Source: Eledone cirrhosa (Eukaryota). From it: a stretch of 64,000 bases of DNA. Below the pieces are notes generated by a model, which saw only the letters and a list, made by a program, of their open reading frames with translations, made no database searches and was not told the DNA's origin. Every line of letters begins with the position of its first letter. Position 1 is the first letter of the stretch. This document shows positions 26,689 through 40,531 of this stretch, piece by piece. The stretch is from the NCBI GenBank assembly GCA_964016885.1, contig OZ024740.1, positions 220,100,001-220,164,000 on the forward strand, given 5' to 3'. The position numbers and the translations under genes are program-made.

Positions 26689-29600
26689 AAGATATATGGC
26701 AATAAATTCAAAATCTGCTTGACCATGGGATTTGCTGGACTGTGGAGTGTCCGATTTAAGAGCTTCAAACTATAAAGGGTGAATGTTTTATAGTTGGAGA
26801 TATACTAATTTAAGGCAGCAAATTGACAGTCATTAGAATGTCGACATTTGTTTCAGCTCTCTGCTCTCTGAGTTCAAATCCCACTGAAGTCAACTTTGCC
26901 TTTCATCCATTTGAGGTCAATAAAAAAGTACCAGTCTAGTACAGGGGTCAGTTCTTCCTCTAATATCTCTTTCTCACTTCCATTCTCTCACTTTCGCTAC
27001 CCTTCTCTGGAAAAAAATCTGCTGTATTCAGACTTTGGGTTCTGCCAGGTTTTAAAAATGCCCTAGAAATGCCGTACATCAATACGATGCCCCTACAACT
27101 CCATCAGGGGTTACAGGATCATGCCTGCATATACAAATTTCTATTCAAGATAAAGAACATATCATTTTAAAATATCTTTCTAATAGTAAACTAATGGAAG
27201 CAATTCTAGAAAACAGTTATAAAAAAAAGTTATAACAAAGAAAAGCTAATTACTTGAATCATAATTGAAAAAAAAAATTATTTAAACTCACAATAAGTAA
27301 AAATTATAAATTCATTTGTTTTTAATGGTTGAGTCAGGGATGAAAGGGTAGCAATGACATTATTTTCAGTGCCTTCAAGACTCATGAAAGGAAGTTATCC
27401 TCAAACCGGAGACTCAAGACAAATACTTTCAACAGTCAGGTCTACCATGAAAGGTACCTATGTGCCAAGTCGTGGTGTTAAACCAGGCAATAGATTATGT
27501 CTACCAACAAAAGCTTAGAAATGTTGTTTTGTTCTTGGTAAAAGGTAGATACACAACTGATGTTCTTGAAACTCAGTCACAGCAGTAAGTCTAAGATAAA
27601 TGTAATGTAGATATAACTACAGTTCTTAAATTACAAGTCTCCTTGTGAAAATAAGTGTAAATACATAATTATTTTCTCTAGGTAGCATTGGGGACATGAT
27701 AAATTACACACAATCAAACCTGTAAGGTGGTTATGCTTGTGTCATAATAAAAAGCACCCTGTACACCCTGTAGGGTGGTAATGTCGGTGCCATGAAAAAA
27801 GCTCCCAGTTCACGATGTAAAGTGGTTGGCATTAGGAAGGGCATCCAACTGTAGAAAACCAAGCCAAAAATGGAGTGCATGTACAAGACATGGTCACCTG
27901 TCCTATCTAGCTTCATAACATGACAGCCCATCTTACCCATTATGTTAAATAATGATAATCATGATGATAACAACACAAAAACATTGCCATTATGCATTTC
28001 AGAAATTTCCATTCATTTACCCCTATGATTCTGCCTACAAAGGGAATTTTATAGCAGTTGTTATTTGTGTCAAATACAATATAGGGCCAATCTCTAAAAT
28101 GCATAAAGGAAATCTCTTATGTTTTTTTCTGTTCACAAATGGAATGACAGAAAGTATATTTGCACTTATTATTTTCACAATCAGGTTTATAATATGTATC
28201 TACACATATAGTTTATATCTACATTAAAATATCTTAAATCTAATAATGGTAGTGTTGTTCAGAAATAGCCATTAAAGAAGTAAGTAAACGGAAAATATAT
28301 ATTCAACTTTTCTAGTTATCTACTAAAGATCTTTCAATAAAAACAAAATGAGTCATAGGTGACTAATAAATTTCTTAAACTGCTAAACTCAAAATTTTCA
28401 AAAAGTGGGAAGCTACTAACTATAGCCTATAAATTATTCTCTATGTGAAAAGCAAATCAAAAAAATGATTAATAGCGACATTCATTCCGTGTAATTTTTT
28501 AAGCTTTCAGAAAATTATTTATACGATCATATATATATATATATCATTATCATCGTTTAATGTCCATTTTCCATGCTAGCATTAGCAGAAGTTATATATT
28601 TTTCTATTCTTTTCTTATTTTTTACTGGTTTCAATCATCAGAGCTAGCCTACCAACCTCATCACTTATTTTATCTGGTACTTATTTTATCAATCCCTAAT
28701 TATCAAATTGTTAAGTTACATTTTGGTATAAAGGAACAAAACTTGATACGCTGGGAAACATAAACACAAATATGGATGCAGCCACACACACATATATGCG
28801 ACGTAATTCCAAATGTTTCTTTCTGTCAACTAAATTCCACCCATGAAGTATTAATCAACCCAAGGCTAGAGTAAAAGACAAGTAAGTAATTGTTAGCAAC
28901 TCTCAAAGAAAAGGGAAGATAATTTCAAGAAATGGTTAAGAGGAAAATCTGATCGTTGTTAGAAAGTAAGATGACAGCTACTAATATGTTTTGGTTTCAT
29001 TACACTTCATCAGCCCAGTTTACCTAAGACTCATTTGATCAGCTGACAAAAAGAGTAACAAAGATTTTAGGCTAACATAACCTGCTTAACCATGTTGATA
29101 CCAACCTGCTTGAAACTGCCTTTAGACATACATTTCCTGTTTTAGAGTGTTCATAGCTAAAGTAAAACTTTTCAACATAGATTTATGTGTTGCCATTTTG
29201 TTGAGATGTGTTCCAAACAGCAGCTTAATAATTCTTTCTAACATCAGTAGGAGAAAGGGAAAGTCAATTATATCGACCCCAGCACTTAACTGCTATTTTA
29301 TTTTATCAACCTCGGAAGGATAAACAATAAAGTCAACCTCAATGGGATTTGAACTCAGAAAGTAAAGTGTCATAACTAAATGCCGCAAAGCTTTTTATCC
29401 GACACCGTAACTTTCCTGCTAATCCTCCGCCTCACCTTGATAATGAAATAGTGAGTTTCTTTTTACTAAATTCTTGCAAATGTTTAAGCATTTAAAAAAA
29501 TAATTAATACATTAGAAATATGATCATGAAAGGGTTAAGTACGAGATATGAGCTAAGGGAAATAATCTGTGAGCTGAAACGAGCCAGTCGTGATGACTTG

Positions 29601-30199
29601 TTATTTAAAAAATATCTGGTATTTCAGTGTTTCTTGTATACTTGTCCTGAAATGCAACAGAGTGACTGAACAATTTATTGTCAGCATCTGTCTGCTCTGA
29701 TAACAATCTCTAATTTCAGCACAAACACTGACAGCCATTAAGGGCTACCTACTCAATGCTTTTCAAGTATATAATAATAGTTCTGAAAGATGCCACACAT
29801 GTTAAAATAGATTTTTATCATAATTACAGTACTTAGTTAAATTATATATTATTACATTTTTTTCACATAAAAATATTATTTTAAAAATTAAAAGGAAATA
29901 TAAGTATTTATGATGGTTCTATACATGTATGTGATTTCTATATATTTTTTAAGCACAAAAACAGTTTTTTAAGTGTATCATAAGCATCAACTTCATCTCT
30001 TTTACATCAATTTTTCCATGTTGGCATGGGTTGGACAAGCTTTTGATATTTGTTTCAACTCTCTGCGCTCTGAGTTCAAATTCTGATGAGGTCATCTTTG
30101 CTTTTTGTCCCTTTGAGGTCAATAAAATACAGCACCAATCTAACTTAGTTTTGTAGTTACAGATATATTTAAGAAGTTGCCTCTACTGTATTATAATAG

Positions 30200-30610
30200 G
30201 TGCGATGATGGTTGTGTGGTTAAGAAGTTTGTTTTGCAATGACATGGTCTCAGATTCTATCTAACTTTGTGATACTATGGACAAGTATCTCCTATTATAG
30301 CCTAGAGCCAACTAATACTTTGTGACTGAATTTGGTAGATAAAGCCCACCATATGTATGTGTGTATATGTGTGCCTGTGTGTTTATTTCTGTTTCTTTAC
30401 ATTTGGCATTGCCCATGCAGGCAGTGGTATTTGTTTATGTCCAACATAAACAGAAGTTTCACCAGTTAGACATACAAAAGTCCATACCTTAATTGAAAAA
30501 CAAGAGAAATTTGGTATCAGGAAGAACATCTGGCCATAGAATTCTACCTCAAAATGTTTTTTCCAGCCCATGCCAGTATAGGAAAACAGATGTAAAAATG
30601 ATGATGATCA
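30200..30610 (+). mobile_element. Octopus OR/OK-like tRNA-SINE (other copies ~3240, 9320, 10860-11250, 13710, 17130, 28790, 31930, 43850)
   Basis: TGTGTGGTTAAGAAGTTTG head, GG.CAAGT.TCT.CTA.TATAGCC core, internal (TG)n, CCCATGCCAG.ATGGAAAA..(TGA)n tail; family name from recollection. Confidence 0.65.
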
Positions 30611-32919
30611 TCATCATAGCAAATGTTGAAATAATGGTTAGTTGTAATAAATGTAAATTAGTAATCAAATAATAGTACACACAGCTACACACACAGATTT
30701 AATAACGGTTGAGTTGCTTTATATTTCATTTAAATGTAACTGTAAACATTTTTTTAAAAAAGAACAACAGATTATTTGTAGAAGATAATCTGGAAGATTA
30801 GAGCTTATAGTGAAAATAAATTTTATTTCTTTGAAGTAAAATAATATCTAAAGCGTTAGATAATCTATAAGACACTGCTATATAAATAAGAATCAACTGA
30901 AAGCTTAGGAAAGATACAAGCAACCACAGTTTGGAAGCTATTCCACAAATAAAATGAGAAAAAGTTGGAAACATTTCAAAAAGATACAAGTAGTTATTTA
31001 AGGTTTAACAAGAAGTGAGTGTAGTGTAAAGAGAGCCAAGGAGTTTGAAAGAAAAAAAAAAAGTATTTCACATTAGAAAACTTTAGCAATCAGCTACCTA
31101 GCACAAAACAACAACAAAAATAATAATAAACCTCTCCTCAAAGAATGTTAGAAAATATCATCAGCTAAATTTGCCACCATATCAGGTTGCAGATAACTAC
31201 TAAAACTCACAAAAGAAAAATAAATTAGAAAGGATTTATTACAATAACTAGGTGAAGGCTATTAGACAACACATCTAAATTAATCTATTTTAAGTTGAAT
31301 GAATTCATTAAGTGCAGTTGTATTAATGGACTAATAATTGGATTATCTTATATAAGAATTTATATTCAAAATACCTCACACAGTTCTCTTACAAACAGAC
31401 ACCAGTCTGATACTAAGCTCGCAATAATTCCAAAAATGCTATTCTAAGATAGAGATAACTCATAGCTAAATATTTACCAACATGGATTTCTCAAACAGCT
31501 AACAAACTCAACAGGTATTTTTTCAGTTTCAATTAGAAATACACATTTTTTTTCCAAGAAAGTAAAAGAAAATATAAAGGCAAAAACTTACAGTCTGCAA
31601 TCTTTACACCATAAAAATTACAATAACCGATTCGTAATTTACTATATCTGTAGGATGTTACATTGGATTAACTTTTATACAAATGATTATAACAGACAAT
31701 GAAATTCTTGCTTATTTTCTTTGTAATTTTAATTGCATTTTCTAAAATTGTTATATATTCATCATCATCATTTTACAACCATTTTTAGTTTTTCTGCAGT
31801 AAAGTATGGATCTTTGCAAGCCTAACTGCTGAACATCAAGAACTGTGCAGAACATAAACAAACATTACTGCTAGTGATGTCAAATACAAAGAGAAGAGAC
31901 AGAGGTGAACAAACATATAGACATATGTGCACACACACGCATACACAGTCACATATGATGGGCTTCATAGAGGTTCCATCTACAAAATTCACTCACAAGG
32001 CATTGGTCAGCTTGAGGTTTTCATAGAAAACATTTGCAAGACCATGTGCTTATGAAGTAAACTTTTTAACCATATAGCCATATATAGGAAAATAATACAT
32101 CAACATCAGTAGCTATTTAGTTTCAGGTTTTACAGGCTTGTATAGGTCCAACAATACTGCACAACATATTGTTTCTGCATCACTAAGCTTTATTATTATT
32201 TCCGATATGAAGGCTAACTCCCAAACTGTTAAAAGCATTAATGATAATAGAGGTTTGCACATCACAATAATGGGCCTTCCATCAGTTTCAGTGATGGGAT
32301 TCCAGTTGTTCAATAAATGGAGCTACCTACTCAATGAATTATATTGTAATTGGCATCCGGCTGTAAAACATAGCCTCCAAAAGGACACCATGGTGTACAT
32401 GAAGCTTGTCATGAGACCAGCCAGAAAAATGCTTGTTGTTGTTGTTAGCTAAGTATTTAACTAACACTTTTATCCTTAACCCTTTCATTACCATATTTCT
32501 CATAAAAAACACTGCTTATGATTATAAATCAATTTTGAAAAATAATCAAGCAATTATGGAAGAGTTGTTAGAACATCACATAAAATGCCTTGCAGTATTT
32601 TTTTTGGGCTTTCTGCTCTCAGTTCAAATCCCACAGAGTTCAACTTTGCCATTCATCCATTTGAGGTTGATAAAAAAATTACCAGTCCAGTACTGGGGTC
32701 AATTTTTCCTCTGTATCTCTTTCTCACTTCCTTTCTGTCACTCTATTATTCTCTCGAAGAAATCTACTGAATTCATACCAGGAGAGGAGAAGGGCTCCGT
32801 CAGTTTTAAAATTGCCCTAGAAACGCTGTATCTCAGGGTTTTAACGTTTAGGACACTAGTTCTTCAAGAGAAGAAAGAATGAGAAATTAGAAAGTAGGTT
32901 CGTTCATGTTGCCATCTCT

Positions 32920-33794
32920 TACATACATAAATATATATATATACATACATACATATATACATATACACATACATAAATACATATATATATATATATATAC
33001 ACACACATAAATACATATATATATATATATATACACACACACATACATATATATATATATACACACATACATAAATATATATATATATACACACATACAT
33101 ACATATATATATATATACACACATACATACATATATATATATATATACACACATACATACATATATATATATATATACACACATACATACATATATATAT
33201 ATATATACACACATACATACATATATATATATATACACACATACATACATATATATATATATACACACATACATACATATATATATATACACACACATAC
33301 ATATATATATATACACACACATACATATATATACACACATACATATATATATATATACACACATACATATATATACATATACACACATACATACATATAC
33401 ATATACACACATACATACATATATACATATACACACATACATACATATATACATATACACATACATACATATATACATATACACATACATACATATATAC
33501 ATATACACATACATACATATATATATACACACACATACATATATACATATACACACACATACATATATATATATTCACATACATACATATATACATATAC
33601 ACATACATACATATATACATCATACATATATACATATATACATACATATACACACATACATATATACATGTATATATATATATATACATACATACACACA
33701 TACATACATACACACACATACATACATATATACATATATGTATATATACACATACATATATACATATATATATATACATATATACATATATACA
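32920..33794. repeat. Compound (TA)/(CA)/(TACA) microsatellite
   Basis: Direct reading; many other such tracts (e.g. 16150-16640, 46375-46516, 56146-56280, 63000-64000). Confidence 0.95.
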
Positions 33795-33994
33795 NNNNNN
33801 NNNNNNNNNNNNNNNNNNNNNNNNNNNNNNNNNNNNNNNNNNNNNNNNNNNNNNNNNNNNNNNNNNNNNNNNNNNNNNNNNNNNNNNNNNNNNNNNNNNN
33901 NNNNNNNNNNNNNNNNNNNNNNNNNNNNNNNNNNNNNNNNNNNNNNNNNNNNNNNNNNNNNNNNNNNNNNNNNNNNNNNNNNNNNNNNNNNNNN
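33795..33994. other. Assembly gap (200 N)
   Basis: N run; adjacency across it is not sequence-supported. Confidence 1.
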
Positions 33995-34688
33995 AAGGCA
34001 AAGTTGACCTCGGCGGGATTTGAACTCAGTATGTAAGAAACAATAATTGTTTCTACTTTTGGCACAAGGCCAGCAATGACCCAGTACATTACTGGCATTT
34101 TATTTTATCGACCCCGTCAGGATGAAAGGCAAAACAATAATGACAGGCAAAGCAAAGGAGCTTTTTCGACGCTCTCTTGGCTTGCTAGAAATAGCAGCCA
34201 AATCAACACCACCACCCCAAATCACACTACCATTTTAAGTAAGGAAAGAACAAATTATATAATGTAGTACTACTACATACTTCTAAAAACTGGCAGGGTG
34301 GTCACAGCTGGAATAACTTTGATTGCAAGGTTTGTAAACAACGATAATGACATAATAATAACAAAAGCTCGTGCAAGGATTGCTGGGAATGAAAACAGAC
34401 GAAGAATAAAAAAAAGCTATATGTTGTCGATGTGAGAATTAAAACTCTAACGGAAAAAAAATAAGTCAGGGTCAAATATAATTTTGCCTGCAGCAACTTA
34501 GAGACAAACAGGAAAGAGGGGAAAGTGCGCGTATGTGAGACAGAGAGGGTTCTTTGTATATTTTCATTCTTTCTTTCTCATATATATATTGCTCTATCTC
34601 AAATCCTAAATGTTACGGTGGCGGTTACTGCATCTATAGCCAAACGAAAAAAACTTGCTGAAATGCCGTAATTTATCGGTGAATTAAC

Positions 34689-34871
34689 ATGTTTCCAAGC
34701 TGTGACATTCGAGACATTCTAATGAGCAGAGCCACTAACAACGAAGTTTTTTGTATTATTGAAGTATCGGGTGGTGTTCATGAGAGTACTTGGCTGTTTC
34801 AACGCCTCAGCATCGCTATCAACAGTAATGCCGTGAGTGAGTGTTTTGGGTTGCCTCAAATATTTTTTTAA
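34689..34871 (+). mobile_element. Possible CRE-like RLE LINE C-terminal remnant
   Basis: ESTWLFQRLSIAINSNA resembles the FLFQRLSIAIQRGNA C-terminal motif of CRE-type elements. Confidence 0.4.
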
Positions 34872-35217
34872 AGGGAAACACCAGCATTCCCTGTTGTAGT
34901 TCCTAATTAGCAGTTGTAAAGAGACTATGTACACAAAACCCACGACCACATTAACAGTGTACAAGTCTTTTCTTTCTGCCTTTCTGACTCATTTGTTTTG
35001 TTATTGTCGATTTGCTTTGTTGATTATATGTGATAGGATATGATTGAAAATCTTATGACTAATTACGTTCAGTTAATAAAAGAAACTTTAATATACTCTG
35101 AAACTGGCTTATAAAATAAATATTTAAGAAGAACAGGTTACAACAAAATAACAAATAAACAAATACTATAATAACATGAATAGATTAACTGTTATGATCG
35201 AGCGAAGTTTTAATTAC

Positions 35218-36600
35218 CTGACCCAGAGACGAAATCTACTTATGTTTTATCGTGTAATAATGAATCAAGCCGAATTTTAAAACTGTGTTGTTATGATATA
35301 ACAATAGTGGTTTCTAATTTAAGTACACGGCCAGCAATTTGGGGAGGAGTGGAAAGTCAATTAAATCGATACTAGTGTGTTACTGGTACTTTATTTTACC
35401 AACCCCGCGAGGATGAAAGGCAAAGCTAAACTCAGTAGGATTTAATATAATAATTGTTTCTACTTTTGGCACAAGGCCAGCAATTATCCTAGTGTATTAC
35501 TGGTACTTTTATTTTATCGACCCCGTAAGGATGAAAGGCAAAGTCAACCTCGGCGGGATTTGAACTCAGATTGTAAAGGGACGTAACTATGCTGGAAAGC
35601 ATAGCGTCCGACCCTCTACCGATACTGCCAATCCACCGATAATAATAATAATGGTTTTTGATTTAGGCACAAGGCCAGCAATTTTGGAGGAAGTGAAAAG
35701 TCGATTAATTCGACTCCAGTGCGTACGTTACTGGTACTTTATTTTATCAATCCCGTAAGGATGAAAAGCAAAGCTAACCTCGGCGGGATTTGATATAATA
35801 ATAATGATTTTTACTAGAGGCACAAGGCCATCAATTTAGGGAAAGAGGAAAGTCGATTAAATTGATCCCCACTGCATTACTGGTGCTATATTTTATCGAC
35901 CCCCGTAAGGGTGAAAGGCAAAGCTAACCTCGGCGGGTTTGATATAATAATAATAAAGCAACTGCTTTTCTGAAATAAAAGTCTAAACGTTTAGAATACA
36001 CAATAACAGAAAGAAAATTAAGCGTTTAAACTAGTTTGATAGAAACAATATGAATTAATACTACAAAAAAAAAGGTAACTTACTACTCACTTCAGATAGA
36101 ATTATAAAAGGCTTTTTTTTTTAAACGAACACTGAGAAAAGGTATCCCGTATTGCTTGAAAAAAGTTTGTACATCTAATCAAGCACACCTGAGAACTTTT
36201 TACAGGTGGGTGATAAAAGTATAAAACAAATTGAAAGATATAAATAAAAATAAAATGAGAGTAAATATTTACGAAACCGAAATCTAGGGAAATGCACGAA
36301 ATAATTGTGCCTGATAGAGTTGATAAATGCTTAAGAAATATTTAAACATTAAAACGTGTATATAAGTGAGAATATATTTACTAAGTGGCCTTTTTATCGG
36401 GGGGGGGGGGTCTCATGTATCGTTTATTAATCAGGTGCGATGAGGTTCGTCTGGGTGACATTTCTGCAAATAACTCGTGGAAATGGGAGAATATTGATAG
36501 CTTACATACCTAGAAGTTGCCAGAGTAGGTTTAGGAGTAGAGGATTACACTACTTTTCGGGACCTCTTTTCCTTTTGGGGGAGGGGTGAGCTGAGAGTAC
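35218..36600 (-). other. Zone of candidate first exon(s) for the minus-strand gene
   Basis: Minus-strand donors CAG|GTAATT (35218), GAA|GTGAGT (36091) and TAG|GTATGT (36510) in a CpG-retaining region; cannot choose among them. Confidence 0.25.
35305..35955 (-). mobile_element. Array of four Meta-domain SINEs (one full, three truncated)
   Basis: Repeated GGCACAAGGCCA..GGATGAAAGGCAAAG..GGATTT units separated by (TAA)n. Confidence 0.85.
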
Positions 36601-36678
36601 TTTATTTTATAGGTAATAGGTTTATTGCATATTAAATTTATCAACTAAGGAAATTTGAACCAACCAACAGCGGATGTT

Positions 36679-36756
<78 letters not shown>

Positions 36757-36837
36757 AGGTAAGTTTTATTGTAGTACAATAAAGCAATGCAGATATCGGA
36801 TAAGAAGCACTCTACAGTTTGTAGGACTGGAGTATAC

Positions 36838-36930
36838 ATAATATAAGATCAAAAGATGGTTAAAGGAGTTCCATGTATTTGAAATGCGCATAATAAAATA
36901 CATGGAACTCCTTTAACCATCTTTTGATCT

Positions 36931-36938
<8 letters not shown>
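36838..36938. repeat. Perfect 43-bp-arm inverted repeat
   Basis: Arms 36838-36880 and 36896-36938; loop GAAATGCGCATAATA. Confidence 0.92.
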
Positions 36939-36968
<30 letters not shown>

Positions 36969-37117
36969 GGAAAAAATGAAACGAAATTTCATTTCTCACT
37001 CTTAGTACGGCTGTTACTTAAATATAAGTATGTATACGTACATACATATATGTATACAGACGTACAGTAGTATGTCTATATATATACATACATGCACACA
37101 TATATATATGTACGTAT

Positions 37118-37312
37118 GGATGGATTGGCAGTATCGGTAGAGGGTCGGACGCCACGCTTTGAAGCATAGAGTTACCCCCCCCCCCCTGTATGATCTGAGT
37201 TCAAATCCCGCCGAGGTTAACTTTGCCTTTCATCCTTCCGGGGTCGATAAAATAAAGCACCAGTAATGCACTTGGTAATTGCTGGCCTTGTGCCTAAAGT
37301 AGAAACAATTTA
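37118..37312 (+). mobile_element. Meta-domain tRNA-SINE
   Basis: Full copy with CpGs retained. Confidence 0.88.
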
Positions 37313-37408
37313 TTATAATGCTCCGTTTGTTTGTAAACAAACATCCCGAATTAAGCCGTACAGTGTTTAGCAACCATCGTGGCCCTTTTGTTCAACACTG
37401 ACAAAGGG

Positions 37409-37451
37409 ACGATGTACTAGTTTCAAGCTTATTAGATATCGTCAGCACCGT
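37409..37451 (-). ncRNA. Minimal type-I hammerhead ribozyme-like motif
   Basis: acggtg CTGACGA tatctaataagctt GAAA ctag TA catcgt; palindromic ACTAGT stem III; stem II degenerate. Confidence 0.6.
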
Positions 37452-38364
37452 GTACTTTCCTGCCAGATGATTGAACGTCTGAAAGTATATACTTTCCTTA
37501 TGCATATTAACGGCTGAGCATTCTAATTTGCATATCGAGTGTGTTAATTGGCCGGGCGCACCGAAAACGATAAATGGAAAAAATGAAACGAAATTTCATT
37601 TCTCACTCTTAGTACGGCCGTTACTTAAATATAAGTATGTATACGTACATACATATATGTATACAGACGTACGTACATATATGTATACAACGATGGTTGC
37701 TAAACATTGTACGGCTTAATTCGGGATGTTTGTTTACAAACAAACCGAGCATTATAATAAATGTTCGGTAAATCCATACGTACATATATATGTGTGCATG
37801 TATGTATATATATATATACGTACTACTGTACGTCTGTATACATATATGTATGTACGTATACATATATGTATGTATACATATATGTATGTACGTATACATA
37901 CTTATATATATATATACAAATGATGAATTAAAGCATTAAATATGTTTAGAATTTTGTGTTTCTCAATAAGTAAGCTCAATAGACTTTATAATAAGCAAAC
38001 CAAAAGATATATGTTTATATAAACATATATCTTTTAATCTGGTTATATATATGTGTGTGTTTGATAGGTTTGAATTATATATATATGTCGATCGACCTTT
38101 AATTTAATTTTTAATAAGTGCTCGGATTTATTCCTTGGAATCTTTGAGCTTCTACAGGTGTTATGGCGCATGTTTCTGATCTCAGACATGACATCTATGA
38201 TTTTGTTAGTGTGTATATATATATATTGTTATACTTTGGGAGGGTCATGTTGCCAATAAGAAACACACGCACCAGTTGCTTTCACTTCAATTTATTATAA
38301 TAAATTTATAAATTTAGGAATTTATAAATCTATAAATTTCTGGTTGGTTGGTTGTTTATATATT

Positions 38365-38407
38365 GTCAAAGTTCTTTCGTCACACATTCTGTGACCTCAT
38401 CAGTGAC
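38365..38407 (-). ncRNA. Minimal type-I hammerhead ribozyme-like motif
   Basis: gtca CTGATGA g gtcaca-gaatg-tgtgac GAAA gaac TT tgac. Confidence 0.65.
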
Positions 38408-39939
38408 TGTGATTCTTTTCTTTGTTTTTGTGCCTCTCCTTTGTTCTGTCCTACGCCATTTTGTTTCTGTGTGTGTGTTGTGTGCTCAGTCTGCGCATGC
38501 GCCATATCCGGGTGTCTGTGTGTGTTTATATTTGTTTATTTACATGTTACCGGTTGGTTGTTTGTTCTGTGTGTGTTTTCATTTTGTCCTTAATTGTAAG
38601 TTGTGATGTTGCTGTTCCACTCATATTTTCTATTTAATTTTGGTTGTAATTCTTTTATGTTTATTGCCTCAGAAACGAAATATATATATATTCATTTTGG
38701 GCTATTTTCAAAACAAAAACCTTTTTAAAATTCTGCTCCATTTTTTTTTTTTTTGTATGTAATTGATCTTGCAACCGTGGTTATAGATCACAGGTGACAG
38801 TATATATGATTTTGTGGTATTCATGCTTTTCTGGACAATTAACAAGATGCCTGAATGGAAATTAACTATAGCTACAGCTCACCCCACCTCCGAATTTATT
38901 TCCTTGTAATAACTCTTAATAAGGTATATTACTGTCAGAAAGTTTTGCAGAGACATTTTCGAGGCTATAGATTACTATGTTGGTAAAATTTAAAATAGAA
39001 GTTTTCTTCATTTTTTCGTTGTGTTTTATCACAATTCATAATTGTTGAAATGACATTGCGTTTCTGTGAAAAATGTACGAGATTATCTTGATTGATATTA
39101 TTCATTATGCAGCGGTATTGTTTCATAATCACTTTAAAATGTGTACACATTCATTAAAATTGTCGATACCTGATTTTGTAATTATATTCCCACTAATCTT
39201 TTGCTTTGCCTACACAATTAAAATAGAAAGGAAAGGTTTAATAGATGTTAAAATTCACATTTGCTTTCTCTAAAATTTTAATTTCATGCCTATGTAAACA
39301 ATAACCTTTATATTCCCACCATTTAATTTGAAAAAAAAAAAAAGATGTTTAATCGTTTCTGTATCAGCCAGAGTGAATCGGGCTGTAATTTAAATCTGAT
39401 GAGATATTTTCATTTTCTTCTTTTGAATTCTATTGTCAAGGATTCCCATCTCTGGAACCTGAAATCAATTCTTCCTTCATTGAAGAAGACAGACAGAATA
39501 CCTCCCCCAATGAAGCGGAAATGGCTTAAGTGAAGGAATCAAAAAAGGAATGTTCACATCATGGCTCCCAGGGGCCAGAATAAGTCCTTTTGAGGCTCAA
39601 AGAGTTAAAAGATTATAGTGCTACTGTCCCCAGAATAAAATTGTGCCCCTCTTCCTTTGATGTCTCTAGTCAATACCATTCTTTACACTTGTGTCTATTT
39701 TCACATCACTTACTCAATGATCTTTATGTATAACTAGCAGAAAAAACACCCTTCGGGTGGTTTTCTGCTAGCATGTGTAGTGTGCATATTGATATTATAC
39801 GCAAGTATATATGCATGTAGATATGATACATCAAATAAAATCGTAATTGACAATATACACAGAAATTGAACGAAGACTGCGTTACATTGTCTTACGTAAT
39901 CAGTAACGTAATCCATGATACATTAAAAAAAGGACGATA

Positions 39940-40302
39940 TCTATATATCTAAAACAGAGAACATCTGTCTAGCTGTCTGTCTGTCTGACTCCCTAAAACT
40001 CGAAAACCACCCAACCGATTGTTTTCAAACTTTACACATGTAACACTTATTGGTCCTGTGAGATTTTTGAGCAAAAATTATTTCGAATTTTCAATGACCT
40101 AGAGACCGCATTAGGCGATTTAGTGATCTCTCTCTATAATTCTTAGTCTTTCTTTTTAGATAGATACATAGATATAACGTTGCGCCCTTATAATATCTGT
40201 CTGTATGTCTGGCTGTCTGCATTACAACATTATGGCGCTATATGTGTGTGTGTGTGTGTGTATATATATGTGTGTGTGTGTGTGTATATATATGTATATA
40301 TA

Positions 40303-40335
<33 letters not shown>

Positions 40336-40449
40336 GTGTGTGTAACGTTTTTCGAAATATTTACTTCTGCGTTCACAGATTGATTTTTTTAGTTTCAGAA
40401 GATCCCGTTAAGGGTGAAAGCAGCGATTCTTTGCTTAAACTTTAATCTG

Positions 40450-40531
<82 letters not shown>

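Noticed and set aside
32864-34098. Long Y/I/C/V/M/H-rich ORFs (also ~3886-4190, 15996-16639, 63733-63999)
   Set aside because: Translations of dinucleotide microsatellites and an N gap; not proteins
35305-35955. Regularly spaced repeats superficially like a CRISPR array
   Set aside because: Eukaryotic SINE units without unique spacers; no cas genes
38492-38503. NRF1-like TGCGCATGCGC motif
   Set aside because: Lies inside the hammerhead-bearing repeat insert; no independent promoter evidence
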